A stretch of 47,048 nucleotides of DNA, from IMG/VR virus record IMGVR_UViG_2563366978_000001. One strand, given 5' to 3'. The translations under genes and the position numbers were made by a program. The stretch's first letter is position 1, and every line of letters starts with the position of its first letter. The notes beneath the pieces were generated by a model, which saw nothing but the letters and a program-made list of their open reading frames with translations, made no database searches and was not told where the DNA came from. Shown here piece by piece: positions 1 through 9,586 of the stretch. Source of the stretch: a virus. Its lineage: Duplodnaviria > Heunggongvirae > Uroviricota > Caudoviricetes.

Positions 1-24
1 AGGAACAAATTTTAACGTTCCGAT

Positions 25-114
25 ATTGTGTTTTTATTTATTATCCGTTATTGTGTTCTGTTAGTTTGTGGCTAAGTTAACGCGTTATTAGTTATCTTAT
101 TCTCAAATTGTGTT
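25..114. repeat. Left telomere-proximal repeat cluster (ATTGTGTT at 25-32 and 107-114, GTGTTCT at 53-59); also the telN upstream region
   Basis: Direct reading; GTGTTCT is the reverse complement of the AGAACAC repeats at the right end. Confidence 0.6.
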
Positions 115-148
115 ACGATAATCCGAGCGGATAATCAGGAGAGGAAAG

Positions 149-2050
149 ATGAGCAAAGTAAAAATCGGTGAATTAATAAACTCACTTGTTAGCGATGTTG
201 AGTCAATAGATAACTCTGACCGTCCTCAAGGGGAGAAAACAAAAAAAATAAAGGCTGTTGCATTAAAATTTAAAAATGCATTATTTAATGACAAGCGAAA
301 GTTTAGGGGGAAAGGATTAGAAAAAAGAATTACAGCCAACACATTCAATGCCTATATGAGCAGGGCCAGAAAACGGTTTGATGATAAACTTCATCATAGC
401 TTTGAAAAAAATATACATCGCCTATCTGAAAAGTATCCTTTATATAATGAGGAGCTATTGTCATGGCTTTCTCTACCTGCTGCCGATATTCGCCAGAGAA
501 TGTCAGCTTTACAGGCAAAATTAAAATTAATTCTCCCTCTATCAGAAGATTTATCTAATATCAGAATTGGCGATAACAAAAGTCATAATAAGTTATTGAA
601 ATTATCAAATAAATATAAAGAGTGGCAATTCGCCATTTCTGATTTAACTAGCGATAACTGGAAAGATAAGCGCGATTATTTATATAAATTACTACAGCAA
701 GGATCTGCCTTACTTGAGGAGTTGAATCAGCTAAAAGTTAACCATGAGATTCTCTATCATCTTCAACTAAGCCCTGCCGAACGTGCATCTATCCAGCAAC
801 GATGGGCGGACGTTCTGCACAATAAGAAACGTAACGTGGTGGTCATTGATTACCCTAAATATATGCAAGCTATTTACGATATTATAAATAGCCCTGCTAC
901 ATTAAATAATCTAAACACTCGTTCAGGTATGGCTCCTTTGGCATTTGCACTTGCTGCATTGTCAGGAAGACGAATGATTGAGATTATGTATCAAGGTACA
1001 TTTACTGTTTCTGGTAAGTATACCGTTGATTTTTTAGGCCAAGCTAAAAAAAGAACTTCTGATAATATAACCAGAAAAATATATACATTATGCGAAGCAA
1101 AAACATTTGTTTATTTAATAAATGTACTTCGCTCATGCCCAGCAGCATCTGATTTTGATGATGTCGTTAAAGGTTATGGAGATAACGACACACGCTCTGA
1201 AAACGGACGTATTAATGCCATATTAGCAAAGGCTTTTAACCCGTGGGTTAAATCATTTTTCAAAGATGACCGCCGTGTTTATAAAGATAGTCGTGCTATT
1301 TATGCCCGTATTGCGTATGAAATGTTTTTCCGCGTAGATCCTCGTTGGAAAAACGTAGATGAAGATGTTTTCTTTATGGAAATTTTAGGCCATGACGATG
1401 AAAACACTCAATTACACTATAAGCAATTCAAGCTGGCCAACTTCTCAAAGACATGGAGGCCAAATACTGGAAACGAAAATACCAGGCTGGAAGCATTGCA
1501 GCAGCTTGATGACGAAATGCCTGGATTCGCCAGAGGAGATGCCGGGGTTCGTCTGCATAACACAGTTAAGCAGCTGGTAGAGCAGGACCCCTCTATAAAA
1601 ATCACGAACAGCACTCTAAGAGCGTTCAAATTTAGCCCAACAATGATTAGTCGATACCTGGAATTTGCTGCTGATGCTCTGGGGCAATTTGTTGGCGAAA
1701 ACGGACAATGGCAACTGAAAATAGATACTCCAGAAATCGTTATGCCTGACGAAGAAGAACTGGAAGCAATACCTGAACTGGCGGATGAATTATCAGAGGA
1801 TGACGATCTGGATGACGACGAAATTGAGATAGAGGAAGAGGAAGAGGAAGAGGAAGATAGCGTAGAAGAACAGCAACCGCCTGCACCTTCTTCGCCTGTA
1901 TCTAAGCCGGTATTTAAGCCGGTGAGAAATATTGGTGATGGCTCATACGTTGTTGAGTTTCATTATAATGGCCAGAATTATGCGTGGTCCGGCAGTGCAA
2001 ACAGCCCCATGTCAGCAATGCAGTTAGCATGGCTGACATATTTCGGTTAA
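149..2050 (+). CDS. telN: Protelomerase (telomere resolvase), N15 TelN-like, 633 aa
   Basis: 633-aa ORF with RBS AGGAGAGG upstream; length, N-terminus and acidic C-terminal tract match my memory of N15 TelN; sits next to the telomere end as in N15. Confidence 0.9.
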   Translation: MSKVKIGELINSLVSDVESIDNSDRPQGEKTKKIKAVALKFKNALFNDKRKFRGKGLEKRITANTFNAYMSRARKRFDDKLHHSFEKNIHRLSEKYPLYNEELLSWLSLPAADIRQRMSALQAKLKLILPLSEDLSNIRIGDNKSHNKLLKLSNKYKEWQFAISDLTSDNWKDKRDYLYKLLQQGSALLEELNQLKVNHEILYHLQLSPAERASIQQRWADVLHNKKRNVVVIDYPKYMQAIYDIINSPATLNNLNTRSGMAPLAFALAALSGRRMIEIMYQGTFTVSGKYTVDFLGQAKKRTSDNITRKIYTLCEAKTFVYLINVLRSCPAASDFDDVVKGYGDNDTRSENGRINAILAKAFNPWVKSFFKDDRRVYKDSRAIYARIAYEMFFRVDPRWKNVDEDVFFMEILGHDDENTQLHYKQFKLANFSKTWRPNTGNENTRLEALQQLDDEMPGFARGDAGVRLHNTVKQLVEQDPSIKITNSTLRAFKFSPTMISRYLEFAADALGQFVGENGQWQLKIDTPEIVMPDEEELEAIPELADELSEDDDLDDDEIEIEEEEEEEEDSVEEQQPPAPSSPVSKPVFKPVRNIGDGSYVVEFHYNGQNYAWSGSANSPMSAMQLAWLTYFG

Positions 2051-2062
2051 AGCATACAGTAA

Positions 2063-2090
2063 AGGCACCGAATTAACGGTGCCTTGTTGT
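2063..2090 (+). terminator. Intrinsic terminator after telN (AGGCACCG-loop-CGGTGCCT then T-rich)
   Basis: 8-bp stem, 6-nt loop, T-rich tail 13 nt after the telN stop. Confidence 0.6.
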
Positions 2091-2221
2091 GTGACCTACC
2101 TCGCCTGCCCCCTGCAAAGGGCAGAAGTAACGGAGGAAACGCGGCTGCAACCACAGACATCACCGCCCCGACTGCGAGGCTTCCCTTCTCTAAGAAGGGC
2201 ATAAATTCGGGCTGGTCAACC

Positions 2222-3004
2222 CTATTTATTGGTGATTTCTGCTGGCTTTAGCTGCGCGGATAACTGCTCAAGTTTTTGAACTGCCAGTTCAAAATGCGCG
2301 GGTAACGCCTTTTCCAGATCAGAGTTAATATCGGTGATGGGTAAATCACCACACGACATACTCCGCCTACCCCCACGAACAACATCACGCAACAACTCTC
2401 GTTCATACGTGCGCATGTTCCCCAATGCCGACTCAGCAGCCGTCAAAATCCGGCGCAGTTCTGCCGTAATTGCTGGCAAATCATCAACCGTTATGGGGTT
2501 CGGGGATGGATTACGACACGCCCGACGCAAAGCTAACCATACACCGCTAATCCAGGCATTTCGGTACTGAAAACTTTGTGCTATATCGTTAATCAGCCCT
2601 CGCAGATACTCTTTCTGCCTCCAGTTCAACGGCTCCGCTGCTCGCATTGGCTCAGGCTCGATGTAAACGTACTCTCCATTTTTGCGAATAGAGGGCAAGA
2701 CTTCGTTCGTTACCCATTTGCGAAACCGCCAAGCTGTTGTGCCTTGCTTCACCGCGTCACGGCAGCGGAGGATCAGGGTGTATAGACCTGACTCTGAAAT
2801 AATATTTAGCTTTTGCTCTCCGCCAGGGGTGTAACTTAAAGTTACACCCTTTTCATCCTCATCCAGAGACATTAGCGCCTTCCGGGAATTAACGAGTCTT
2901 AAAGCATCACATACATCCTTAGCCACAAACCACGGCTCACCGTTAATCATCACTACACGAACCTGATGCTCTTCCTGAAAGGAAAAGACTGCTAACGCGC
3001 TCAT
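2222..3004 (-). CDS. Phage antirepressor-like protein (BRO-N type N-terminal domain), 260 aa
   Basis: N-terminus FSFQEEHQVRVVMINGEPWFVAKDVCDALRL resembles the BRO-N/antirepressor fold; last gene of a coupled operon. Confidence 0.7.
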   Translation of the reverse strand: MSALAVFSFQEEHQVRVVMINGEPWFVAKDVCDALRLVNSRKALMSLDEDEKGVTLSYTPGGEQKLNIISESGLYTLILRCRDAVKQGTTAWRFRKWVTNEVLPSIRKNGEYVYIEPEPMRAAEPLNWRQKEYLRGLINDIAQSFQYRNAWISGVWLALRRACRNPSPNPITVDDLPAITAELRRILTAAESALGNMRTYERELLRDVVRGGRRSMSCGDLPITDINSDLEKALPAHFELAVQKLEQLSAQLKPAEITNK

Positions 3005-3234
3005 TCAGCCTCCTTATCGCGCAGCAAGTGCGACGAGAGAGACGCAGAATATCCCTGTGCTTCATGCGTTAACTCACACGCAATCTGCAGAAGTTTTCCA
3101 GCCTCTGAGAGGTAAATCGACGCCTCACAACTGGAGACTGTCCGATGGGCTGATGATACGAGCGCATAGACCTGAGCCAGACGTTCATCCAACGATTCCA
3201 GCAGGCCAACAGTGTTCATTTTTACCTGATTCAT
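3001..3234 (-). CDS. Hypothetical 77-aa protein, translationally coupled (ATGA overlap) to the antirepressor gene
   Basis: ORF stop overlaps the downstream start by ATGA at 3001-3004. Confidence 0.55.
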   Translation of the reverse strand: MNQVKMNTVGLLESLDERLAQVYALVSSAHRTVSSCEASIYLSEAGKLLQIACELTHEAQGYSASLSSHLLRDKEAE

Positions 3235-3395
3235 GCAGCCACCTCGCGCACCGGAATACGGGCAGACAATACCAGGACAAACCGGCTGGCGAACTGGCGA
3301 CGAGCTTCCCGTTCAGATGACGCGATAGTGGAAAGATGATGAATGTGGGACTTTTTGTCTGTGCGAACGACTGCCGCAAATTTGAATTTGAACAT
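3231..3395 (-). CDS. Small 54-aa ORF (MFKFKFAAVVRTDKK...), first gene of the antirepressor operon; icd-like position
   Basis: Hand-translated; not in the ORF track (below 60 aa); GGAG RBS 9 nt upstream; ATGA overlap with the next gene at 3231-3234. Confidence 0.45.
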   Translation of the reverse strand: MFKFKFAAVVRTDKKSHIHHLSTIASSEREARRQFASRFVLVLSARIPVREVAA

Positions 3396-3404
3396 GGTAT
3401 GCAC

Positions 3405-3540
3405 TCCGTTTTATTGGTCGTGCTACCACCAGAGTTGCGAATCTCTTTATTGGTGGTAGCCCAGGCGGGGTTCGCAATACCGGTAAACGAAGAAACCGGC
3501 CCGACCGAAGTCAGCCCCACCTGAGCCACCATAATTCGGA
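3405..3540 (-). ncRNA. Candidate C4-type antisense regulatory RNA / structured leader upstream of the antirepressor operon
   Basis: GC-rich inverted repeats (GCTACCACC...GGTGGTAGC) immediately 5' of the first small ORF; by analogy with P1/N15 c4-icd-ant organisation; no homology check possible. Confidence 0.25.
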
Positions 3541-3694
3541 TATGCGCAGGTCTATACACACAAAAAAACACGCTGGCGCGTGTTGTGCGCTTCGTTTTGC
3601 CAGGATTGCGAAGTCCCGACTGCGGGATTTACCGCAGCGAGGTGACTTTACCTCCAAAACGACGCACACGTCAATAATTTGCAAAGACATTTTA

Positions 3695-3727
3695 CCCCGT
3701 GACCAGTCACGGGGACAGGTGTTTTTA
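3695..3727 (+). terminator. Hairpin CCCCGTGACCAGTCACGGGG followed by GTTTTTAT; intrinsic terminator, possibly bidirectional
   Basis: 8-9 bp GC-rich stem, T-tract on plus strand, A-rich on the other side; lies between the lipoprotein gene end and the antirepressor operon. Confidence 0.5.
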
Positions 3728-3775
3728 TAGTTTGCTTGAACAAACGATCAGAACATGAACAATGTTATTGTTCCG

Positions 3776-4588
3776 TTATAAGAAAGCCTCACGCGAACGG
3801 AACACCCACTCTAGCTGTACTGGATAAATTTCTCCCGTTTTAATATTTATTAGGCGCGCGGCTAATAACTCACCCATAAAAACCTGAGTTTTATGGCTCA
3901 TATCTGACGGGTTAAAAATAGTAGGTGATGTTATATCAATATGATTACTGCTTAACCCATTTATCTTTGCTAAATATTCAATTCTAAGGTCTTTTACATT
4001 AACATCTTTTGGTATTTGTCCTTTTATATCAATATCTGCCCATATTGTTTCAGGGTTCCCTTCATTTATTTGTGTACTACCAAAGATAATTTCGGCACCT
4101 AAAGTATTTAACACTTCTACATCAGCAGATATTCCAAAAGCATTAGCACCAACATAGCTTCCATGCTTTGTTATTTCAGAGGAATCGACATGAAAACCAT
4201 ACCATCCAGACATATCTCGAGATGTTATCACGCTATCACTACCGCTATTCTCAACAAAATCACGGTTAAGATATGTTCCTGAGTATGTGATACTTCTAGG
4301 GATAGACAAACCTTGAGATGTTAAAACGTTGTTGTATGGCGCGTATGTTAATGAGTGAACGACATATCCACGCCATGAACCATCATCTATCTTTGATGCA
4401 ATAATTCTATTAAATTCCTTACCTGTGAGTATTTTGCTGCTAAAATCACCAACAGAGTTGATAGGTACTCTTTTTTCTTTTTCGAATTTATACTCAACGT
4501 CCGTTGATGCCTTATTATCATATTGATAAGTGCATCCAGATAATAACAAGATAGAGAGTAATAAAGCTGTTGTTTTTTTGTTACGCAT
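3776..4588 (-). CDS. Lipoprotein, 270 aa (signal peptide with lipobox LLSGC)
   Basis: N-terminal MRNKKTTALLLSILLLSGC; AT-rich codon usage unlike the flanking backbone. Confidence 0.75.
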   Translation of the reverse strand: MRNKKTTALLLSILLLSGCTYQYDNKASTDVEYKFEKEKRVPINSVGDFSSKILTGKEFNRIIASKIDDGSWRGYVVHSLTYAPYNNVLTSQGLSIPRSITYSGTYLNRDFVENSGSDSVITSRDMSGWYGFHVDSSEITKHGSYVGANAFGISADVEVLNTLGAEIIFGSTQINEGNPETIWADIDIKGQIPKDVNVKDLRIEYLAKINGLSSNHIDITSPTIFNPSDMSHKTQVFMGELLAARLINIKTGEIYPVQLEWVFRSREAFL

Positions 4589-4677
4589 AATATTAACTTA
4601 ACCTATTTGATTAATAATATGTTATTCCATTAAATAAAATATGCCGAGAACGGTTTAACTTGAACAGTCATCACTAT

Positions 4678-5085
4678 TCAATCAACTTTTTTAGCATCAG
4701 CCATACGCTTCAACCAGTAATCAACAATCGGCTGCTCATCCACAGAATGTTTACCTGGTATAACTCGCCAGCTATCTTGCGAAAATCTGCCGTACTTACG
4801 CGGGAATAGGCCTTTCTTTATCTCCCGCCATGTACTAGGAAAACCATCCACAAAAGTACCAATTAACAGGAGAGGGACAAAAATCAGAGCTACAAACCAT
4901 CGTGCAAGAAAGTGTTCAACAACAACATTTTCACCGTTGTAGTAATACGCATACGCATCCAATATGCGAATTTTCCTTACCTTAAAAATAGCCTTATGCT
5001 GAGAACGACTTAACTTGATACGAATGTATCCCTTATCCAAAGGGGATTCGTATTTGTATGATTGAACAGCCATTTTTAACCCCAC
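4678..5085 (-). CDS. Hypothetical membrane protein, 135 aa (one central hydrophobic segment)
   Basis: ORF with hydrophobic stretch WFVALIFVPLLLIGTFV; AT-rich. Confidence 0.55.
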   Translation of the reverse strand: MGLKMAVQSYKYESPLDKGYIRIKLSRSQHKAIFKVRKIRILDAYAYYYNGENVVVEHFLARWFVALIFVPLLLIGTFVDGFPSTWREIKKGLFPRKYGRFSQDSWRVIPGKHSVDEQPIVDYWLKRMADAKKVD

Positions 5086-5402
5086 TCACCATCAGCAAAC
5101 AAAGCGTTATACTCTGACAATGGTAGACGGTTGCCCTCGATGTAGAGATTCAGTTCATACTTCGTCTCCGGGTTTTCCTTGTCGGCTCGTTCCCAACGCT
5201 CAGCAGCCTTACGCGCCAATAATTCCACTGCTTTCAGATAATCCTCCGTACGGAACCAGCCAAAGATAAGGCCACGATCTGTTACAGCCCAGGCGACCTT
5301 TTTTTCTTCCTCCTGGATAGCCCTAATGCGTCGTTCGCATTCATCCCGGCAGAACTGCAGCTGACGGTAATCAAGTTTGTCCAAAAATGCAGTAGTAGAC
5401 AT
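5076..5402 (-). CDS. Hypothetical protein, 108 aa
   Basis: ORF tightly packed with its neighbours in the same AT-rich operon. Confidence 0.55.
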   Translation of the reverse strand: MSTTAFLDKLDYRQLQFCRDECERRIRAIQEEEKKVAWAVTDRGLIFGWFRTEDYLKAVELLARKAAERWERADKENPETKYELNLYIEGNRLPLSEYNALFADGEWG

Positions 5403-5406
5403 ATTT

Positions 5407-5598
5407 TTACTCCCCGTTCACCGAAAATTCACGATAGAAACGTTTCCACATACGATAAGTCTGCGCAAATTGTTCACCACGAAACATCGCCTTCCTGGCC
5501 TTCATGTTTTCCTTGTGAGACTTTCGGTCTATGAACCAAAACCATTGATGGAACACACAAAGCAAGAGACACAAAGATAATATCCAATCATTACCCAT
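5407..5598 (-). CDS. Small hypothetical membrane protein, about 63 aa (MGNDWILSLCLLLCVF...)
   Basis: In-frame ATG at 5596-5598 just beyond the repA stop; the longer track ORF would overlap repA. Confidence 0.4.
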   Translation of the reverse strand: MGNDWILSLCLLLCVFHQWFWFIDRKSHKENMKARKAMFRGEQFAQTYRMWKRFYREFSVNGE

Positions 5599-8500
5599 AG
5601 AAAGCGCCCTGCTCTTCGTAGCTGCATGAGCTATTCCCCGTAATGTATTCACGTAACCGCCGCAGCTCATTGCTGGAAAGGTGATCCATGAACTCTGTGA
5701 GGTACAGGGATGCAAACGTCATAGCTATGCTGGCTGATGACCATGATGACATAGTGGCCAACTCCTCACTGGAAAGCGCACTCATCGCCCAGGACTCAGG
5801 TACAGCCACTGGCAACACGGCCAAAGCCTCAGAAATTACTGAATGAGGGGCGTTTTGAACCTGCTCGTTTGTGGATCGCGTTTTATCATCCATATATATA
5901 TTGAGATCCAAATCGCGATCCATTTCGATGGCTGTCTTCTCGGCTTTACGCGTTTTTAGGGTTAGGCCATCTTTCTGACGCTGAACAAGAATATCCAGCA
6001 TAAATGCCGCTGATTCAGGCTCAACAAAACGCAAGGTTGGACGCTTATCGCCGTCTCTGCCGCGACGTTTACCTGTTTTAAGGCCAAGAGAGTCGCAAAT
6101 GTTTTTAAACAACGCTTCCGGCACTTTAGGCTTCCCTTTTGGCGTCATAAAACCACCAATGTGCAGAACGTTATTCAACAGGTCACGGCGTTCGGCTGTC
6201 ATGAGGTTATCTCGAGCGAATTTGAGACGCTCCTGAGTCGCCTCGCCGGTCATAGTCTCAGGGTTGATACCGCAGTCGATAAAGTACTGCCGGAGAGTTG
6301 CTGATTTAAGCGCATAGAAACCGCGCGCCCCGACTTCAACAGTAGGAGTAGCTTTTACCTTGTGATCGATTATTCCAGGGAATTTAGTTTTAAAGACATC
6401 ATCAGCCTGCTCGCGAGTCATCGCGGTCACTACAAAATATTGCCACTGTCCCGCCTGACGGTATGTGTAGGTAAAATTGATGGCTGCTTCTTCCCGGTCG
6501 TAACGACGAGCTGTTACCTCATCTAAAAGCATTGTTTCATAGCGGCGAACTTTGTCTCGAGCACCATCGAAATAGAATTTCAGCGTGCCTTCTTCAACCG
6601 GTAGTTTCAGTTCGTTTTCAATATCCCAGCGGACAAGTTTTGCCTGTTCTTCAAGCGTCAGCGCGCGTTTTTTTAGCAGTTCTTCACGCTCTGATTCTTG
6701 TGGTGTTTCTGTATTGAGGTGCAGATCCAGTGTCTGTTCCCACACAATATCCCGCGCTTCTTTACGCAGATCTTTACCGATATCATTCGCAGCATAATCG
6801 GTGGCCAGCGGTGATACCTTATAACCGTCGCTGTGCATGATGCAGATCATGTTGCTGGCGTAGTCGTTACGCGCAGTCGCTTCAATTGCGGCTGCTTTAA
6901 TTTTCATCCTGGTAAAGTCGGTATTGGCCACCCCCATTGATATACGGTCGCCATCGAAAACGACATCCGTAAGTTCACCGTTCATACCTGCGGTAGCAAG
7001 CAATGCCTGGGCGAATGCTCGTTCTATTTTTTGCGGGTCAGTTTCACGTTTTGCACGAGCTTTATCAAAGCCGATAATAAATTCTTTTGCTGTACGGTCG
7101 CGGCGTAGCATTTGCACTGCATCACTGGGTACAACTTCACCACAGAACATGCCGAAATGACGGTCAAAATGTTTTTGCTCAATCGACACGCCGGATGAAA
7201 TAGACGGGCTATAAATCAGGCCGTCGTATTTTTTGACCATCTTTTTCGGTTGATTGGTAAATGCTTCAACTTCTGGCTCTGGTTTGTTTTTCTGGTTTAC
7301 ACACAGAAATTTCTTACCAGGAAAATGCATTCTCAGGGTGGCTGTCACATCTTCTGCAAAGGTGGAGCTGTCGGTGGCCAACATGATTTTTTCGCCATCC
7401 GATACAGCTTTCACCACCTCGGTCATGATGCGATCTTTTTCTGTATAAAAAACCCGGATTGGCTCACCTGTTTCGCGGTTGCGAACATCAACAGGTAATT
7501 CAATTACGTGGATCTGCAGCCATGCCGGTAAACCTAGTTCTTCACGGCGTTTCATAGCCAGTTCAGCCAGGTCAACCAGCAGATCGTTCGCATCAGCATC
7601 CACCATGATTGGGTGTTGTTCCGTTCTGGCCAGCGCGTCAATTAGCGTATTGAATACAGCCACCGGGTTTTCCATAGCCCGACCGGAAAGAACGGCACGT
7701 AGCCCTTGTGTGGCCTCGTCAAAGCCAAAATAGTCGTGCTGGCGCATCAACGGTTGCCAGCAGTTTTTAACAATCGAGTTTATGCAGATGGTCAGTTTAC
7801 TGGCGTATGGAGCCATTTCCTGATAGCCAGGGTCCTGATAGTGCAGGATATCGGTTTTTACACCTTTTCCTTCTGTCATCATTTCCCACAGGCCACCAAT
7901 AAGGGAAACACGGTGAGCAACAGAGATACCACGTTCTGAGCTATGCATTAAAGGTCGTAACAATCCAGTAGATTTGCCGGAACCCATACCAGCACGAACG
8001 ATGACTATCCCCTGTAGTGATTGCACATACTTCAGGACGTCATCGGTCATTACCGAAGTTTCAAGACGCTTATAGGTGATATGTTGAGGACGTTTATTGG
8101 GATCAGTTATGCGTTCGCTGAATGAGCGCGGAGCCTGGGCAATACGGCACTTTTTATTCAGGCGACGGGCAATGTGGTCTTTTACCGTAGCGCGATAGAT
8201 ATTTTCCAGCCCCATTTCACGCAGAACGATGCAGAACATGTTAAATAAGTCTGACGGACTGTTAGGAACCGGACAGGTTAGCATGCCAATATCCACCGCT
8301 CTCAGCAGCTCTTTGGCAAAAGTACGACGGTTATCCCGCTTAATTGTCTTCAGGCGGTTGAGCGTCAGAGATAGCAAATCAGTGCCGGTTTTCAGGCGGT
8401 TTGCAGTTGCAAACAGTTGACGTGCTGTTTCACGAAGTCCACGCAGTTTGTGCAGGTCGTTGAAGTCACTGCACTCCATTTGCGGATCGTCTTCAAAAGT

Positions 8501-9586
8501 TGGATAGACGCAGCGGACATCGTTGAATTTCGATAAGATTTCATAGCCAGTCCGCAGGCCGGTATTCCCTTTTCCTTCTGTGGCTGATTTCCGGTCATTA
8601 TCCAGTGCGCAGGTGATTTTTGCCGCCGGGTACATGTTTACCAGTTGTTCCACAACATGAACCATGTTATTAGCGGATACAGCGACAACCACAGCGTCAA
8701 AGCGTTTATCTTTTTTCGTGGCAAGCCAGATGGATGCACCAGTAGCAAAACCTTCTGTAACAGCGATGTTTTGCGCCCCTTTTAGCTCACCGATAACAAA
8801 GCAGGCACCGACGAAATCGCCGCTGGTTACGGCGCTGGTCTGGTATTTTCCACCTTGTTTGTCGATTCGCTGCCAACCCACAATACGACCATCGTAACGA
8901 CCGTCCAGGTGAGCCAGAGGGATAGCCATATACGTGGTTGGCCCCCTGCTCCATTTTGCGCTGTCGTGACTGGTCACGCGACGCACATCACACGAATTAA
9001 AAACGTCACGAATACCTTTTTTAATCGCATATGGCCATGAGCCGTCTTCTGCAGGAGCATGTTCCCACGCGCTGTGGAATGCCAGCCATCCCAGCAAACG
9101 TTCATGGTCCATTTGGTTGTTTTTCAGGTCATTAATTCGTTTTTGTTCTTCACGGCGACGACGTGCTTCGGCCTGACGTTCTATTCTTGCCCGTTCTTCT
9201 TCCGGTTGTGCGACCACGGTCGCATTATTCCGTTGTTGCTCACGGCGATATTCAGAAAACAGGAAGGAGAAACCGCTCCATGAGCCAGCATCGCTGCCTT
9301 TATGGACGAAGTTAATGAACGGGTAATCAATCCCTTTGCTGTGTTCCAGCCGGGAGTAAATTTCTACGCGTCCTTTGAGGCTCTTTTCGAGAGCTTCTGG
9401 AGATGTTTTATTGTATGAAGAGTAACGCTCAACACCCCCGCGAGGGTTGAGTTGGATGTTGTCGGAACAGGCAGACCAGTTGATACCAGCCATCTGTGCC
9501 AGCTCGGTTAGTTCATCCCGTGCTGCTTCAATTAGCGAGAACGGATCGCTGCCAAAGCGATCCGCATAGAAATCGTTTAATGTCAT
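5591..9586 (-). CDS. repA: Replication protein RepA (primase-helicase), 1331 aa
   Basis: Single ORF of N15 RepA size (about 1324 aa from memory) in the N15 position between immunity region and telN side. Confidence 0.9.
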   Translation of the reverse strand: MTLNDFYADRFGSDPFSLIEAARDELTELAQMAGINWSACSDNIQLNPRGGVERYSSYNKTSPEALEKSLKGRVEIYSRLEHSKGIDYPFINFVHKGSDAGSWSGFSFLFSEYRREQQRNNATVVAQPEEERARIERQAEARRRREEQKRINDLKNNQMDHERLLGWLAFHSAWEHAPAEDGSWPYAIKKGIRDVFNSCDVRRVTSHDSAKWSRGPTTYMAIPLAHLDGRYDGRIVGWQRIDKQGGKYQTSAVTSGDFVGACFVIGELKGAQNIAVTEGFATGASIWLATKKDKRFDAVVVAVSANNMVHVVEQLVNMYPAAKITCALDNDRKSATEGKGNTGLRTGYEILSKFNDVRCVYPTFEDDPQMECSDFNDLHKLRGLRETARQLFATANRLKTGTDLLSLTLNRLKTIKRDNRRTFAKELLRAVDIGMLTCPVPNSPSDLFNMFCIVLREMGLENIYRATVKDHIARRLNKKCRIAQAPRSFSERITDPNKRPQHITYKRLETSVMTDDVLKYVQSLQGIVIVRAGMGSGKSTGLLRPLMHSSERGISVAHRVSLIGGLWEMMTEGKGVKTDILHYQDPGYQEMAPYASKLTICINSIVKNCWQPLMRQHDYFGFDEATQGLRAVLSGRAMENPVAVFNTLIDALARTEQHPIMVDADANDLLVDLAELAMKRREELGLPAWLQIHVIELPVDVRNRETGEPIRVFYTEKDRIMTEVVKAVSDGEKIMLATDSSTFAEDVTATLRMHFPGKKFLCVNQKNKPEPEVEAFTNQPKKMVKKYDGLIYSPSISSGVSIEQKHFDRHFGMFCGEVVPSDAVQMLRRDRTAKEFIIGFDKARAKRETDPQKIERAFAQALLATAGMNGELTDVVFDGDRISMGVANTDFTRMKIKAAAIEATARNDYASNMICIMHSDGYKVSPLATDYAANDIGKDLRKEARDIVWEQTLDLHLNTETPQESEREELLKKRALTLEEQAKLVRWDIENELKLPVEEGTLKFYFDGARDKVRRYETMLLDEVTARRYDREEAAINFTYTYRQAGQWQYFVVTAMTREQADDVFKTKFPGIIDHKVKATPTVEVGARGFYALKSATLRQYFIDCGINPETMTGEATQERLKFARDNLMTAERRDLLNNVLHIGGFMTPKGKPKVPEALFKNICDSLGLKTGKRRGRDGDKRPTLRFVEPESAAFMLDILVQRQKDGLTLKTRKAEKTAIEMDRDLDLNIYMDDKTRSTNEQVQNAPHSVISEALAVLPVAVPESWAMSALSSEELATMSSWSSASIAMTFASLYLTEFMDHLSSNELRRLREYITGNSSCSYEEQGAFYG
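5873..5922. other. Candidate replication origin inside the 3' part of repA: 8-bp inverted repeat GGATCGCG/CGCGATCC around an AT-rich core with three GATC sites
   Basis: Direct reading; N15-type origins are reported within the 3' part of repA (from memory). Confidence 0.3.
9209..9224. repeat. sopC-like palindrome TGCGACCACGGTCGCA (inside repA); putative centromere site
   Basis: 16-bp core of the palindrome family repeated five times in the window. Confidence 0.55.

Noticed and set aside
3185-3571. 128-aa track ORF on the minus strand
   Set aside because: Overlaps the coupled small-ORF operon in another frame and crosses the structured upstream region; the translation looks non-protein-like.
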